Part shown: in pieces, positions 8,528 through 16,978 of the stretch
Position numbering within the stretch: position 1 is the first letter of the stretch
Layout of the letters: every line of letters starts with the position of its first letter
Made by a program: the position numbers and the translations under genes
Notes under the pieces: generated by a model
The model's database searches: none
What the model was told of the DNA's origin: nothing
Seen by the model: the letters and a program-made list of their open reading frames with translations, nothing else
Origin: Microcystis aeruginosa NIES-2549
GTDB taxonomy: Bacteria; Cyanobacteriota; Cyanobacteriia; Cyanobacteriales; Microcystaceae
Direction: 5' to 3'
Length of the DNA stretch: 32,000 nt
Assembly: GCF_000981785.2 (NCBI RefSeq)
Contig: NZ_CP011304.1
Coordinates: 3,270,001-3,302,000, forward strand

Positions 8528-10144
8528 ATGATACAGGCTATCTATCGTCACCAGTGGAAATTTTTATTAACCTTGCTGTCAATTGCTGGCAGTATCAACA
8601 TTGTTACCGAATCGGCCTCAGCTTTAAATATCACCCGATTGAGCAGTCTTGGCAATACTACAAATAATTTTGGGGCAGAAATTCCCGCTTATGACCCCTC
8701 TAGTCGCAGATTATTCGTGACCGGTCCCAATAATCGTCTAGATATTGCCGATATCAGTAATCCCGCTAGTCCTATTACCTTATCATCGCTCGATCTTAGC
8801 TCCTACGGTGCGGGGGTTAACAGCGTTGCCATCAAAAATGGTATCGTGGCCCTGGCCATGGAAGCTAATCCGATTACCAATAACGGCAGTGTAGTATTTT
8901 TCGATACTAATGGTGTCTTTCAGAGTCAGGTTACTGTGGGCGCTTTACCAGATATGTTAACCTTTACTCCTGACGGTAATCGGGTTTTGGTCGCTAACGA
9001 GGGGGAACCAGCTAATGGTGTCAATCCCGATGGTTCTATTAGTATTATTGATCTTAGTGCTGGTGTTCTCAATCCCACCGTCAACACTGCTACCTTTACC
9101 AGTTTTAATGGTCAAGAGAACACTTTCAGAAGTCAGGGAGTCCGTATTTTTCCCGGTCAAACGGTTTCCCAAGATGTGGAACCAGAATACATCACCGTTT
9201 CCGACGATGGAACCACTGCATGGGTGTCTCTACAGGAAAATAATGCTATTGCAATAGTCAATATTGTTAACGCTCAAGTCACCAGTATTTTACCCCTAGG
9301 AGCCAAAAATTTTAACGCACCGGGTAATGGTTTGGATCCTAGCGATCAAGATGGAGGGGTAAATATTAATAATTGGCCGGTTTTTGGCTTATATCAGCCG
9401 GATACGATTGCCACCGTTACCATCGCCGGACAAACCTATTTAATTTCTGCCAATGAAGGGGATACTAGAAATGAGGCCCGACGAGTTTCTACTCTAACTT
9501 TAGACCCCACTGTTTTCCCTAATGCTGCCCAATTGCAATTAGCCCAAAATCTCGGCCGTTTAGATGTTTCCACCATCGACGGACGTAACGACCAAGGTCA
9601 ATATAGCCAACTTTTTGCCTATGGTGGTCGTTCTTTTTCGATTTGGAATGTCACTAATGGACTGTCCCAAGTCTTCGATAGTGGCGATGATTTTGAACAA
9701 ATTTTAGCGGCTTTTTCGACAACTCCCCTAACTCCTAGTATTTTTAATTCCGATGGCACTCCTAGCAGTTTCGATAGTCGTAGCGATAACCGTGGGCCAG
9801 AACCGGAAGGTTTAGCAGTAGGAAGCGTGAGGAATCGTCTCTATAGTTTTGTGGGAATAGAAAGGGCTGGCGGTTTCATGGTTTATGATATCACCAACCC
9901 TAGTAATCCTTTGTTCGCTAATTATATCAACGATTCGCAATTAGGCGATATCTCTCCCGAAGGATTATTATTTATCCCCGCTGCCGATAGTCCTAATGGT
10001 ACTCCCCTGTTAATTGTTGCCAATGAAGTGAGTCGTAATGTGGCGATTTATTCCGTTGAACCCGTACCCGAACCTAGCGCAGTTTTAGGATTAGTAACCC
10101 TCGGATTAGCTGGTTATAGTTTGAAAAAAAGAGGCAATTGCTAA
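8528..10144 (+). CDS. Secreted repeat/beta-propeller-like protein with PEP-CTERM anchor (choice-of-anchor-I-like)
   Basis: Signal peptide KFLLTLLSIAGSINIVTESASA. The C-terminal VPEPSAVLGLVTLGLAGYSLKKR is a PEP-CTERM sorting signal. ATG at 8528 is preferred over TTG at 8471. The family call for the body is tentative. Confidence 0.7.
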   Translation: MIQAIYRHQWKFLLTLLSIAGSINIVTESASALNITRLSSLGNTTNNFGAEIPAYDPSSRRLFVTGPNNRLDIADISNPASPITLSSLDLSSYGAGVNSVAIKNGIVALAMEANPITNNGSVVFFDTNGVFQSQVTVGALPDMLTFTPDGNRVLVANEGEPANGVNPDGSISIIDLSAGVLNPTVNTATFTSFNGQENTFRSQGVRIFPGQTVSQDVEPEYITVSDDGTTAWVSLQENNAIAIVNIVNAQVTSILPLGAKNFNAPGNGLDPSDQDGGVNINNWPVFGLYQPDTIATVTIAGQTYLISANEGDTRNEARRVSTLTLDPTVFPNAAQLQLAQNLGRLDVSTIDGRNDQGQYSQLFAYGGRSFSIWNVTNGLSQVFDSGDDFEQILAAFSTTPLTPSIFNSDGTPSSFDSRSDNRGPEPEGLAVGSVRNRLYSFVGIERAGGFMVYDITNPSNPLFANYINDSQLGDISPEGLLFIPAADSPNGTPLLIVANEVSRNVAIYSVEPVPEPSAVLGLVTLGLAGYSLKKRGNC

Positions 10145-10747
10145 TCACATCGCGTAAAATGGGAGCGCCTCCGACCAATGGGGGCGTTTTCGCGTTTGCC
10201 AGTCCAAATAGGCTAAATCGAGGATATCGGGGGCATTTATGCCTAAATAGCTGGGTGTAGCTAATCTTTGATAGGGAATAGTTAAGTTTTCTAAAGTCTG
10301 CTGCCATTGTTCCGGAGTCATCAGGCTATCAGCTAAATAAACCCGATTACCCCGATAGATGCCCACATACAATTGTCCCCTAGTGGCGGGCATTTCTAGG
10401 GCGAGATGGGTATCGACGGGGTAAAAATCCCGTTGTGACCAAGCAAAGGCCGCTAAACTGGAGACGGTAAAAATCGGTAGCTGTAATTGTTGTGCTAGGG
10501 TTCTAGCGGTGACTATACCGATGCGGGTACTGGTAAAGCTACCCGGCCCCTTAGCGGTGGCTAGAAAGGCTAAATCTGCCCATTTTTGCGGAGCCAGGAA
10601 CTGTTTTAGATAGGGGTGGAATAGGTTCGATAAATCCCTGTCTAAGTCCCAAGTTTGTTGACGACTATCATCGCTGAAATTAGAGATGGCTAGTCCTAGT
10701 TGGGGACTGCTGGTATGTAAGGCTAATCCGTAAACAGGGGAAGACAA
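10145..10747 (-). CDS. tsaB: tRNA t6A biosynthesis protein TsaB (YeaZ family)
   Basis: GLALHTSSPQLGLAI... and GPGSFTSTRIG, the motif typical of TsaB/YeaZ. Confidence 0.8.
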   Translation of the reverse strand: MSSPVYGLALHTSSPQLGLAISNFSDDSRQQTWDLDRDLSNLFHPYLKQFLAPQKWADLAFLATAKGPGSFTSTRIGIVTARTLAQQLQLPIFTVSSLAAFAWSQRDFYPVDTHLALEMPATRGQLYVGIYRGNRVYLADSLMTPEQWQQTLENLTIPYQRLATPSYLGINAPDILDLAYLDWQTRKRPHWSEALPFYAM

Positions 10748-10776
10748 GTCAATCTTTCTGTATTAGTAAGTTTTTA

Positions 10777-10848
10777 TGGGTCGCCTGGGATTCGAACCCA
10801 AGACCAATCGGTTAAAAGCCGAGTGCTCTACCGCTGAGCTAGCGACCC
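10777..10848 (-). tRNA. trnK: tRNA-Lys (anticodon UUU)
   Basis: The reverse complement GGGTCGCTAGCTCAGCGGTAGAGCACTCGGCTTTTAACCGATTGGTCTTGGGTTCGAATCCCAGGCGACCCA folds as a cloverleaf. The acceptor stem is GGGTCGC/GCGACCC, the anticodon loop is CTTTTAA and the T-loop is GGTTCGAAT. Confidence 0.9.
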
Positions 10849-10911
10849 GTTTCGTGTTCTGCACACGATTTATCAATATAACATCTTATCGGGGCTAAGT
10901 CAAGGGGAAAT

Positions 10912-11784
10912 TTAAATTTGATTGACTCGCATTTCCACGATCGCCTCGCGGCTACTCTGGGGTTTTAGGTAGGTCAAATGTTCGCCTGTGTTGAGGGCGT
11001 TGCGGGGGGCGCTCCAGGGTTCGAGACAGATATAATTTTTATCTTTCAGGGTCCAAAAAACTAGAGTCGTATAGAGATCGTCGTAACCGAGGACAATTTG
11101 ACGCTGATGATAGGAATCACTAAAACTACTTTGATGGCGCGTAATTTGCGGAAAAGCGGCATCAATTTCTTCGAGATTAAAATCAAAGTTGCCGGAGTAG
11201 GAATGGAGGGTTTTGCTCCGTTGGTCGAGGTATTGGGAGGAGGGAATATCAAAGGATAATCGGGTTTTATCGGTGACTTGAAAGTAGGGATGGAACCCGA
11301 TAGAAAAGGGCATTTTTTCGGGTGAAAGATTAATCACTTTTTGGTGAATTTTGAGGCTGTTTCCTTGCAGTTGATAGGTAAAGATTAATTGAAAATCAAA
11401 GGGATATACTTGACGAGTGGCTTCATTACTGTTTAATTCTAGGGTTAAACTAGCGGCGGTTTCGCTGCTTTGTTTGCTCACTTGCCAGGGTAAATCACGA
11501 GCAAATCCGTGTTGTTTGAGGCTATAGTTTCGGCCTTGATATTGATAGGTATTATCGGGTAAGTTGCCACAGATAGGGAATAAAATCGGGACTCCTCCGC
11601 GGACGCTGAGGTTAGGATCTTTGAATCTTTCTGTGTCCAGATATAAAATATCTTCTCCGCAAATTTGCCAACGGGTGATGATTCCTCCCCTAGCGGGAAC
11701 CACTTCCAGATAAGCGTCAGCTTCTTCATCCTTGAGACAATAGGTAAGATATTGATTTTGGTTTTGAGTGATCGTAAAAGTCAT
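10912..11784 (-). CDS. Aldose 1-epimerase (galactose mutarotase-like) family protein
   Basis: 290 aa. GGIITRW, GGVPILFPICGN, HGFAR and GFHPYF are motifs characteristic of the aldose-epimerase superfamily. Confidence 0.8.
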   Translation of the reverse strand: MTFTITQNQNQYLTYCLKDEEADAYLEVVPARGGIITRWQICGEDILYLDTERFKDPNLSVRGGVPILFPICGNLPDNTYQYQGRNYSLKQHGFARDLPWQVSKQSSETAASLTLELNSNEATRQVYPFDFQLIFTYQLQGNSLKIHQKVINLSPEKMPFSIGFHPYFQVTDKTRLSFDIPSSQYLDQRSKTLHSYSGNFDFNLEEIDAAFPQITRHQSSFSDSYHQRQIVLGYDDLYTTLVFWTLKDKNYICLEPWSAPRNALNTGEHLTYLKPQSSREAIVEMRVNQI

Positions 11785-11810
11785 ATCAGTTATCAGTTAT
11801 CAGTTATCAG
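11785..11810. repeat. Heptamer tandem repeat (ATCAGTT) x3.7
   Basis: A direct read shows atcagtt atcagtt atcagtt atcag. It starts at the base next to the epimerase start codon (11784). Confidence 0.9.
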
Positions 11811-11817
11811 AACGTAG

Positions 11818-11842
11818 GTTGGGTTGAAGCATGAAACCCAAC
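11818..11842. repeat. Small palindromic element (GTTGGGTT/AACCCAAC stem)
   Basis: 8-bp perfect stem with a 9-nt loop, preceded by CGTAGG. It resembles a dispersed cyanobacterial hairpin repeat. Confidence 0.55.
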
Positions 11843-11953
11843 ACCCGCTCATGTTACGCTACCACTAACCCATCCTAACAAATAATTGTGCCTCCCTACT
11901 TAGCTTAACCAATGAGGTTTTAGATTCGGCCCTTGTGAATAAGCTGAGATAGC

Positions 11954-12640
11954 CTAGATTGAGATGAAAATTTGGGTAAGAAAATAGGCAATGGCGGCGC
12001 TACCAATCGGTACAGTGAGATTATCTATACCTAGTTTCGAGAAAGTTTCTAGAATAGTAGCTCCGATCGCTGTTAATAAAGATACTAAAATAATTGGCGG
12101 ATTCATGCCATTAATAAAAGATAAAATAATCAAGCTGACTAAAAAGCTGATTGCTAACATAGTCAGGGAACCTTCCAGACTTTTGCCACTGCCGAAAATT
12201 TTGTAGGGATGTTGACCAAAATTTTGTCCGACTAGGGCTGCTAATCCGTCTCCCAAAGCCATAATTAAAATACCCATTGCCGCGTATTCGGGGTGAGAAA
12301 TTGGCCAAAAATAACCCACGAGAACACCGATACTAACAGCATAAAAAAAAGTTCCCCAACTGCGGCGACCGACACTATTAAGACTGGGTAAAATGGGGAA
12401 AAAATAGGATAGTATAGCGATAGTTGCCGCTAGGATCGCCGCGCTTATTCCCACCCAAGCGGGGATATTTAACCACCAGGCAAAAAGGATGACGTTTCCC
12501 GTGCCAATGTGGACAACCTTGCGGGTAATTTCGCCATTGGTGCTGAAAAGACTTTTTAATTTTTCAGCGATCAGAATCAGAACAGCTAGGTAACAGGCGA
12601 CTAAACCGATCGAAAATAGGAGAGAGTGGGATAGTTCCAC
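11954..12640 (-). CDS. Polytopic membrane protein, phytol/dolichol kinase (CTP-dependent polyprenol kinase) family
   Basis: 228 aa with about 6-7 hydrophobic helices. The TRKVVHIG, GDGLAALVG and KSLEGS motifs resemble VTE5/phytol-kinase-like proteins. Confidence 0.6.
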   Translation of the reverse strand: MELSHSLLFSIGLVACYLAVLILIAEKLKSLFSTNGEITRKVVHIGTGNVILFAWWLNIPAWVGISAAILAATIAILSYFFPILPSLNSVGRRSWGTFFYAVSIGVLVGYFWPISHPEYAAMGILIMALGDGLAALVGQNFGQHPYKIFGSGKSLEGSLTMLAISFLVSLIILSFINGMNPPIILVSLLTAIGATILETFSKLGIDNLTVPIGSAAIAYFLTQIFISI

Positions 12641-12677
12641 GTGGCAAAAGCGAAAATTGACTATCTATTTAGTTTAG

Positions 12678-12926
12678 GTGATCGAGGTGACATTGTTGAA
12701 AGGAATTTTTATTGGCTTAATTGAGGGATATCGACGGTTTATTTCGCCGCTATTTCCCCCTTCCTGTCGTTTTCAACCCACCTGTTCCCAGTATGCCATG
12801 GAAGCGATCGATCGCTTTGGTGTGCTGCGCGGTTCTTGGTTGGCAATTAAGCGTATTCTCCGTTGTCATCCCTTTCACCCCGGAGGTTACGATCCCGTGC
12901 CTCCCTGTCACCACAAGCACGATTAA
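12678..12926 (+). CDS. yidD: Membrane protein insertion efficiency factor YidD
   Basis: [58 protein letters not shown] is the canonical YidD sequence pattern. Confidence 0.9.
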   Translation: MIEVTLLKGIFIGLIEGYRRFISPLFPPSCRFQPTCSQYAMEAIDRFGVLRGSWLAIKRILRCHPFHPGGYDPVPPCHHKHD

Positions 12927-12942
12927 AAGGCAAAAATACTGC

Positions 12943-13701
12943 CTATTTTCTTTGGGGAAAACGCTCGATATCGGCGATACCATAAAAGATGATCTGTTTA
13001 TCTTTTAAACGTAGTCGATCGACTCTTAATTGAGTACCATCGAGGGCAAATTTATCTAAATCCATAAGGTTGTTAACATGACTGATTAAAGCTTCTCCTA
13101 AAGCTTTCGATCTTTCGTCGCCTTGATAAACCACCTCGACAAATTGAATTTTTCGCCTTTCTTCCACAACCACAGCAGTGGTCATTTCTAGAAGAATTGG
13201 TTCTTCTTCTCCCAATTTAATTAGACTTTTCAGAGTTAAAGTTTTATCGTCATTGAGAATTAATTCCGTATTCTGACAGTGAATTGATTTACCTTCGTAC
13301 TCTAATCTTTGCAGTTTTTCGACAATAAAAGGTGTATTAAAAGAGGTGGTTAAGTCTTCTTCCGTTAAAACTACCCGCAAAGTGGCCCGCGTCGGTTGAC
13401 GGAGTTTCACCTGTCCGGTAAAAATGGCACTAAAATCGATCGCCACCGCCTGCACATACAATTCCATGGCCTCGATGCGTAGGCCATTGTACATGAGCAT
13501 TGACTGACCGATAAAGTCAAAACCGTCGATACTGCCTTGCAGTAATTTGGCTACGGGTTCGGCGCGGACAGTCGCTGTCAGCTTGCCTGTGCGTTTGAAT
13601 AATGCAGCGATTGCAGCACTCACCACTTTACTGATGAGTTGATCGCCGCTCTGATTGGAAAAAGGTAAGCTACCAAACACGCCTGCTGTCATATCTCTCA
13701 T
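12943..13701 (-). CDS. DUF2993 (LmeA-like) family protein
   Basis: The ORF is open to 13776; the likely start is MRDMTAGVFG at 13701. The family call is from overall resemblance only. Confidence 0.5.
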   Translation of the reverse strand: MRDMTAGVFGSLPFSNQSGDQLISKVVSAAIAALFKRTGKLTATVRAEPVAKLLQGSIDGFDFIGQSMLMYNGLRIEAMELYVQAVAIDFSAIFTGQVKLRQPTRATLRVVLTEEDLTTSFNTPFIVEKLQRLEYEGKSIHCQNTELILNDDKTLTLKSLIKLGEEEPILLEMTTAVVVEERRKIQFVEVVYQGDERSKALGEALISHVNNLMDLDKFALDGTQLRVDRLRLKDKQIIFYGIADIERFPQRK

Positions 13702-13839
13702 AGGTGGGACTGCAACGATCTTAACATTATTTAAAGTTTCTTTACATATCGTTTTATTAATCAGGATGATAAGCAATCTGTATGATTCTGTAGAGGTTAT
13801 AAATTTTTAGCGGTCTATCGCGTGCGAGGGGATAGGATG

Positions 13840-13875
13840 GAAAAACGCTACTATCCCAGTGATATAGCGTTTTTC
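13840..13875 (+). promoter_or_regulatory. Strong leader hairpin / terminator-like structure upstream of the chelatase gene
   Basis: GAAAAACGCTA (13840-13850) pairs perfectly with TAGCGTTTTTC (13865-13875). An inner TATC/GATA pairing gives about 15 bp in total. The A5 and T5 flanks give a bidirectional-terminator look. The hairpin ends 24 nt before the GTG start at 13900. Confidence 0.5.
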
Positions 13876-13899
13876 ACTTAAAAAATCGGGGTTAAAAAC

Positions 13900-15042
13900 G
13901 TGGTTGCCATTTCAGATCAACAACCGTTAGCCGCTACCCACAACCACAGCGATCGAGTGGCGGTATTATTGATGGGATACGGGGAAGTGGAGAGTTACGA
14001 GGACTTCGCCAACTATAATGAACAGGCCTTAAATCTGCTGACGGCTAAGTTTGCTCCCGTACCGACTTGGGTTTATCCTCCCCTAGCGAAATTATTGGCT
14101 ATATTTGACCTGCACGAATGGCAGCACCAGCATAATCACTTTATTTCCCCCCATAACCACATTTTCGAGCATCAAAGACAGGAAATCGAGCGCAATTTAC
14201 AGGCAAAATGGGGTAATCGGGTGGAGGTATTCAAAGCGTTTAACTTCTGTGCGCCTTTTTTACCGGCACAGGTGTTAACGGAAATCCGCGAGCGGGGATT
14301 TGAGAAAATTTTGATCTATCCTCTCCTCGTTGTTGATTCTATCTTTACCAGTGGCATTGCGATCGAACAAGTTAACAAAGCTTTAGCTCAAGGACAAACG
14401 GGGGAACATTGGGTCAAAGGATTGCGCTATATTCCCTCGTTTTATAACCAACCCGCTTATATAGAGCTAATGGCGCGGTTAGTGGAGGAAAAAATCGCGG
14501 CCGAGGTAGCTAGTAGCTGTCTTCCCTCGCAAATTGGCATTATTTTGATGAATCACGGTTGTCCTCACGAAGCTAAGGGATTTACGTCGGGAATCGATGA
14601 AAGTCAAGCTTTATACGAGTTAGTCCGGGAAAAATTAATCTATCGTTATCCCTTGATTTCTGTGGGTTGGTTAAATCACCAAACCCCCTTAATTAAATGG
14701 ACGCAACCGAATGCAGAGTTAGCGGCGAAGAATTTAATCGAATTGGGGGCCAAAGCCTTAATTTTCATGCCGATTGGCTTTGCTACGGAAAATCACGAAA
14801 CTTTACTGGATGTGGAGCATATTATCGAAGCTTTACGCCGCAAGCACGACCAAGTTAATTATGTGCAGATGGCCTGTGTCAACGATAACCCCGAATTTTG
14901 TCAGATGGCCGCCGATTGGGCCGAGGAACATATCGAAGCTTTACTATCACAAGAGGCTTTATCTGTCAATAGTTCTGTAACAATTCCTCACATTCATTCC
15001 GATCACCATCATCATCACCACGGACACCACCATCATCATTGA
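13900..15042 (+). CDS. Ferrochelatase-family (class II chelatase) protein with C-terminal poly-histidine tail
   Basis: VLLMGYGEVES, YPLLVVDSIFTSG, LMNHGCP (His aligned with the ferrochelatase SAHGxP motif) and PIGFATENHETLLDVE match the ferrochelatase fold. It ends HIHSDHHHHHHGHHHHH. There is no CAB-type helix of the kind found in cyanobacterial HemH. Confidence 0.6.
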   Translation: MVAISDQQPLAATHNHSDRVAVLLMGYGEVESYEDFANYNEQALNLLTAKFAPVPTWVYPPLAKLLAIFDLHEWQHQHNHFISPHNHIFEHQRQEIERNLQAKWGNRVEVFKAFNFCAPFLPAQVLTEIRERGFEKILIYPLLVVDSIFTSGIAIEQVNKALAQGQTGEHWVKGLRYIPSFYNQPAYIELMARLVEEKIAAEVASSCLPSQIGIILMNHGCPHEAKGFTSGIDESQALYELVREKLIYRYPLISVGWLNHQTPLIKWTQPNAELAAKNLIELGAKALIFMPIGFATENHETLLDVEHIIEALRRKHDQVNYVQMACVNDNPEFCQMAADWAEEHIEALLSQEALSVNSSVTIPHIHSDHHHHHHGHHHHH

Positions 15043-15081
15043 AAATCAGTCCTACCACTTGTCACTGTTGGAGGTATGATC

Positions 15082-15087
15082 TATAAT
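15082..15087 (+). promoter_or_regulatory. Candidate -10 box (TATAAT) for tRNA-Arg
   Basis: A perfect TATAAT lies 11 nt upstream of the tRNA 5' end. No clear -35 element was identified. Confidence 0.3.
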
Positions 15088-15098
15088 TGTGCTTTCCT

Positions 15099-15171
15099 GG
15101 GTACGTAGCTCAATGGATAGAGCATCCGCCTTCTAAGCGGACGGTTGTAGGTTCGATCCCTACCGTACCCG
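15099..15171 (+). tRNA. trnR: tRNA-Arg (anticodon UCU)
   Basis: GGGTACGTAGCTCAATGGATAGAGCATCCGCCTTCTAAGCGGACGGTTGTAGGTTCGATCCCTACCGTACCCG. The acceptor stem is GGGTACG/CGTACCC, the anticodon stem is TCCGC/GCGGA, the loop is CTTCTAA and the T-arm is GTAGG/CCTAC. Confidence 0.9.
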
Positions 15172-15276
15172 TTATTGTTAACTAGGGGTTGGAAATTCTC
15201 TCCTATCGTCCCGGGGACAATCGCTTTGATGCGGTGAGCGTGGAATTAGGTCAGTTGAATCCCGTCGGTTGATATT

Positions 15277-15440
15277 AATTCTGTTTAATTTAGTTTGCGA
15301 TCGAGTTGAGGATCAGTCAAGGGAGAAGGCAAAGGCGAATCAGACATACTGCGTCACAATATCTCACGGAATGAGGATATACAGCCTGAGAAGGAGTAAA
15401 ACAAGAGAAACTACCTGAAACTCCTTCTTCTGTGCATCCC
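15277..15440. repeat. Dispersed cassette-associated repeat, copy A (full length)
   Basis: About 95 percent identical by eye to 16017-16151. Its tail matches 18240-18272. It contains the 9-bp stem AGAAGGAGT/ACTCCTTCT (15389-15397 / 15420-15428) and a minus-strand 20-codon mini-ORF at 15285-15347. Confidence 0.85.
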
Positions 15441-15441
15441 T

Positions 15442-15630
15442 CTATTTAATAGTTTGCCCTCTTTGCAATAGCCTTTCTCGTCTCTTTTGACGGGATTCTG
15501 TTTCCAGTTGGGCGAGTATATCGTCTAAAAAAAGATTATAAAGCTCAATCTGGCGGTTAGTTTCCCGTAAGCTTTCAAGACATTGTTTTCTCGTTGCTTC
15601 ATCGGGATAGGAGGTGCGGTAAGTCATCAT
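15442..15630 (-). CDS. Small helical protein of unknown function (62-65 aa)
   Basis: MMTYRTSYPDEATRKQCLESLRETNRQIELYNLFLDDILAQLETESRQKRRERLL. ATG at 15630 overlaps the TGA of the upstream reading frame (ATGA), which suggests translational coupling. The ORF is open to 15639. Confidence 0.45.
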   Translation of the reverse strand: MMTYRTSYPDEATRKQCLESLRETNRQIELYNLFLDDILAQLETESRQKRRERLLQRGQTIK

Positions 15631-15968
15631 AAGTTCCATTGCCTCTTTACTTCATCAACACTAGCACTAACAGCATCCACACTGGCTGTTCCTTGCAAAA
15701 TCGCTCTTTCTAACATCTCTAGCATCGTATTTGAGAGAGTCGGCTGCTCTTGTAAAATTATCAGCAGGATATTATTAATTCGGGAGTAGGAATTAGTTAC
15801 CCTCTCTCTGGCATTAGATAATTCTTCTAATTCTGATAATGTCCGTTCATTTTCCCCATATTCTGTAAAAAGTTGCCATTCCGTTGCCGATGCCTACTCT
15901 ATCTGATCCGCTAGTTGACGCAGTAGATCAAAAATGCTCGTTAAGGTTTCCTCCGGTAATGTAGCCAT
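15627..15968 (-). pseudogene. Unknown helical protein gene interrupted by an in-frame TAG at codon 25
   Basis: A hand translation from ATG 15968 gives MATLPEETLTSIFDLLRQLADQIE. A TAG follows at 15896-15894. The frame then continues as ASATEWQLFTEYGENERTLSELEELSNARERV...VDEVKRQWNL to a TGA at 15629-15627. Confidence 0.5.
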
Positions 15969-16016
15969 ATTCAATTATTTCTATTATCCCCAGTCTATCA
16001 TCTGGTTGGTACGAGG

Positions 16017-16151
16017 TAATCCTGTTTAATTTAGTTTGCGATCGAGTTGAGGGTCAGTCAAGGGAGAAGGCAAAGGCGAATAGGACATACTGCGTCACAA
16101 TCCCTCACGGAATGAGGATATACAGCCTGAGAAGGAGTAAAACAGGGGAAA
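16017..16151. repeat. Dispersed cassette-associated repeat, copy B (3' truncated)
   Basis: About 7 mismatches to copy A over roughly 130 nt. It carries the mini-ORF at 16026-16088 (MSYSPLPSPLTDPQLDRKLN). Confidence 0.85.
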
Positions 16152-16217
16152 GGAAGCGATCGCCAGTGTGAGAGATATATAACTTAAGATTTGTGACGCG
16201 ATCACGACAAAGCAGAA

Positions 16218-16580
16218 TTAATAGTTCCAATGGTTCAGGGAAATGAACTGATTAGCAAGAGGGACGTTAGCCGTTTCCAGATTGGCGATCGCATTGACAA
16301 TTGCCTTGGAGTCCATATTTTTAAAGCGGTTAGCGTTACGGTAAACCGCTAAGATACCCGAATGGCTTGGATTGGCTTGGTGCAACTCTTCAAAGTCATC
16401 GCAGTTATGAGTTAGCAGAATCCGATTTTCCTGTATGGCATAGTCAAGTACGACATCATCTGTGCAGCCAGTCAAACCAATTTTATTGATCGTCAGTACG
16501 TCATGACCAGCAGCCGTAAGTAACTTAACCAGAAGTTGGGATTGCGAGTCCTCATCAAGCAATAATCTTAGGCTCAACAC
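16218..16580 (-). CDS. DUF5615 (PIN-like/Mut7-C-like) putative toxin
   Basis: LRLLLDEDSQSQLLVKLLTAAGHDVLT...ILLTHNCDDF is typical of DUF5615. The probable GTG start at 16580 overlaps the end of the DUF433 gene. The ORF is open to 16661. Confidence 0.75.
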   Translation of the reverse strand: MLSLRLLLDEDSQSQLLVKLLTAAGHDVLTINKIGLTGCTDDVVLDYAIQENRILLTHNCDDFEELHQANPSHSGILAVYRNANRFKNMDSKAIVNAIANLETANVPLANQFISLNHWNY

Positions 16581-16854
16581 TAATCCCCTTTGCTTCCAGA
16601 CGGTGGCGTTCTTCTTCCGCTTCTTGCTTGAGTAGCTGCTGATTAGCCTCGCAGTAGTCAATTGCTTCGTAGATAGCAGCCAAAGGTAACTCCCAATTAA
16701 GAGCTGCTTCTTGAGGAGTCATCTGGTTGACAATCATATCTGACCAGACATCAAAAGCTTTCAGCCTCCTACCTTGAAAACAAAGCTGTTGTCGCCAGGA
16801 ATGAGGACGTTTCTCTAAATACTGCCATTGAGTTTTTGCCGCGTTAGTGGTCAT
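16555..16854 (-). CDS. DUF433 putative antitoxin
   Basis: GRRLKAFDVWSDMIVNQMTPQEAALNWELPLAAIYEAIDYC matches the DUF433 helix-turn-helix-like core. It is the upstream partner of DUF5615. Confidence 0.75.
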   Translation of the reverse strand: MTTNAAKTQWQYLEKRPHSWRQQLCFQGRRLKAFDVWSDMIVNQMTPQEAALNWELPLAAIYEAIDYCEANQQLLKQEAEEERHRLEAKGISVEPKIIA

Positions 16855-16978
16855 GCTGATGCCTTGATCAAAGCTGGTATCCCTAGTTTATCAGCTACAG
16901 AAGCAGCGCACCGTCGAAGGCGGCTCTCTTCGAGATCGCGCTAACCCAATGTTGTTTGGTGTTGTAACCCAATCGGAT

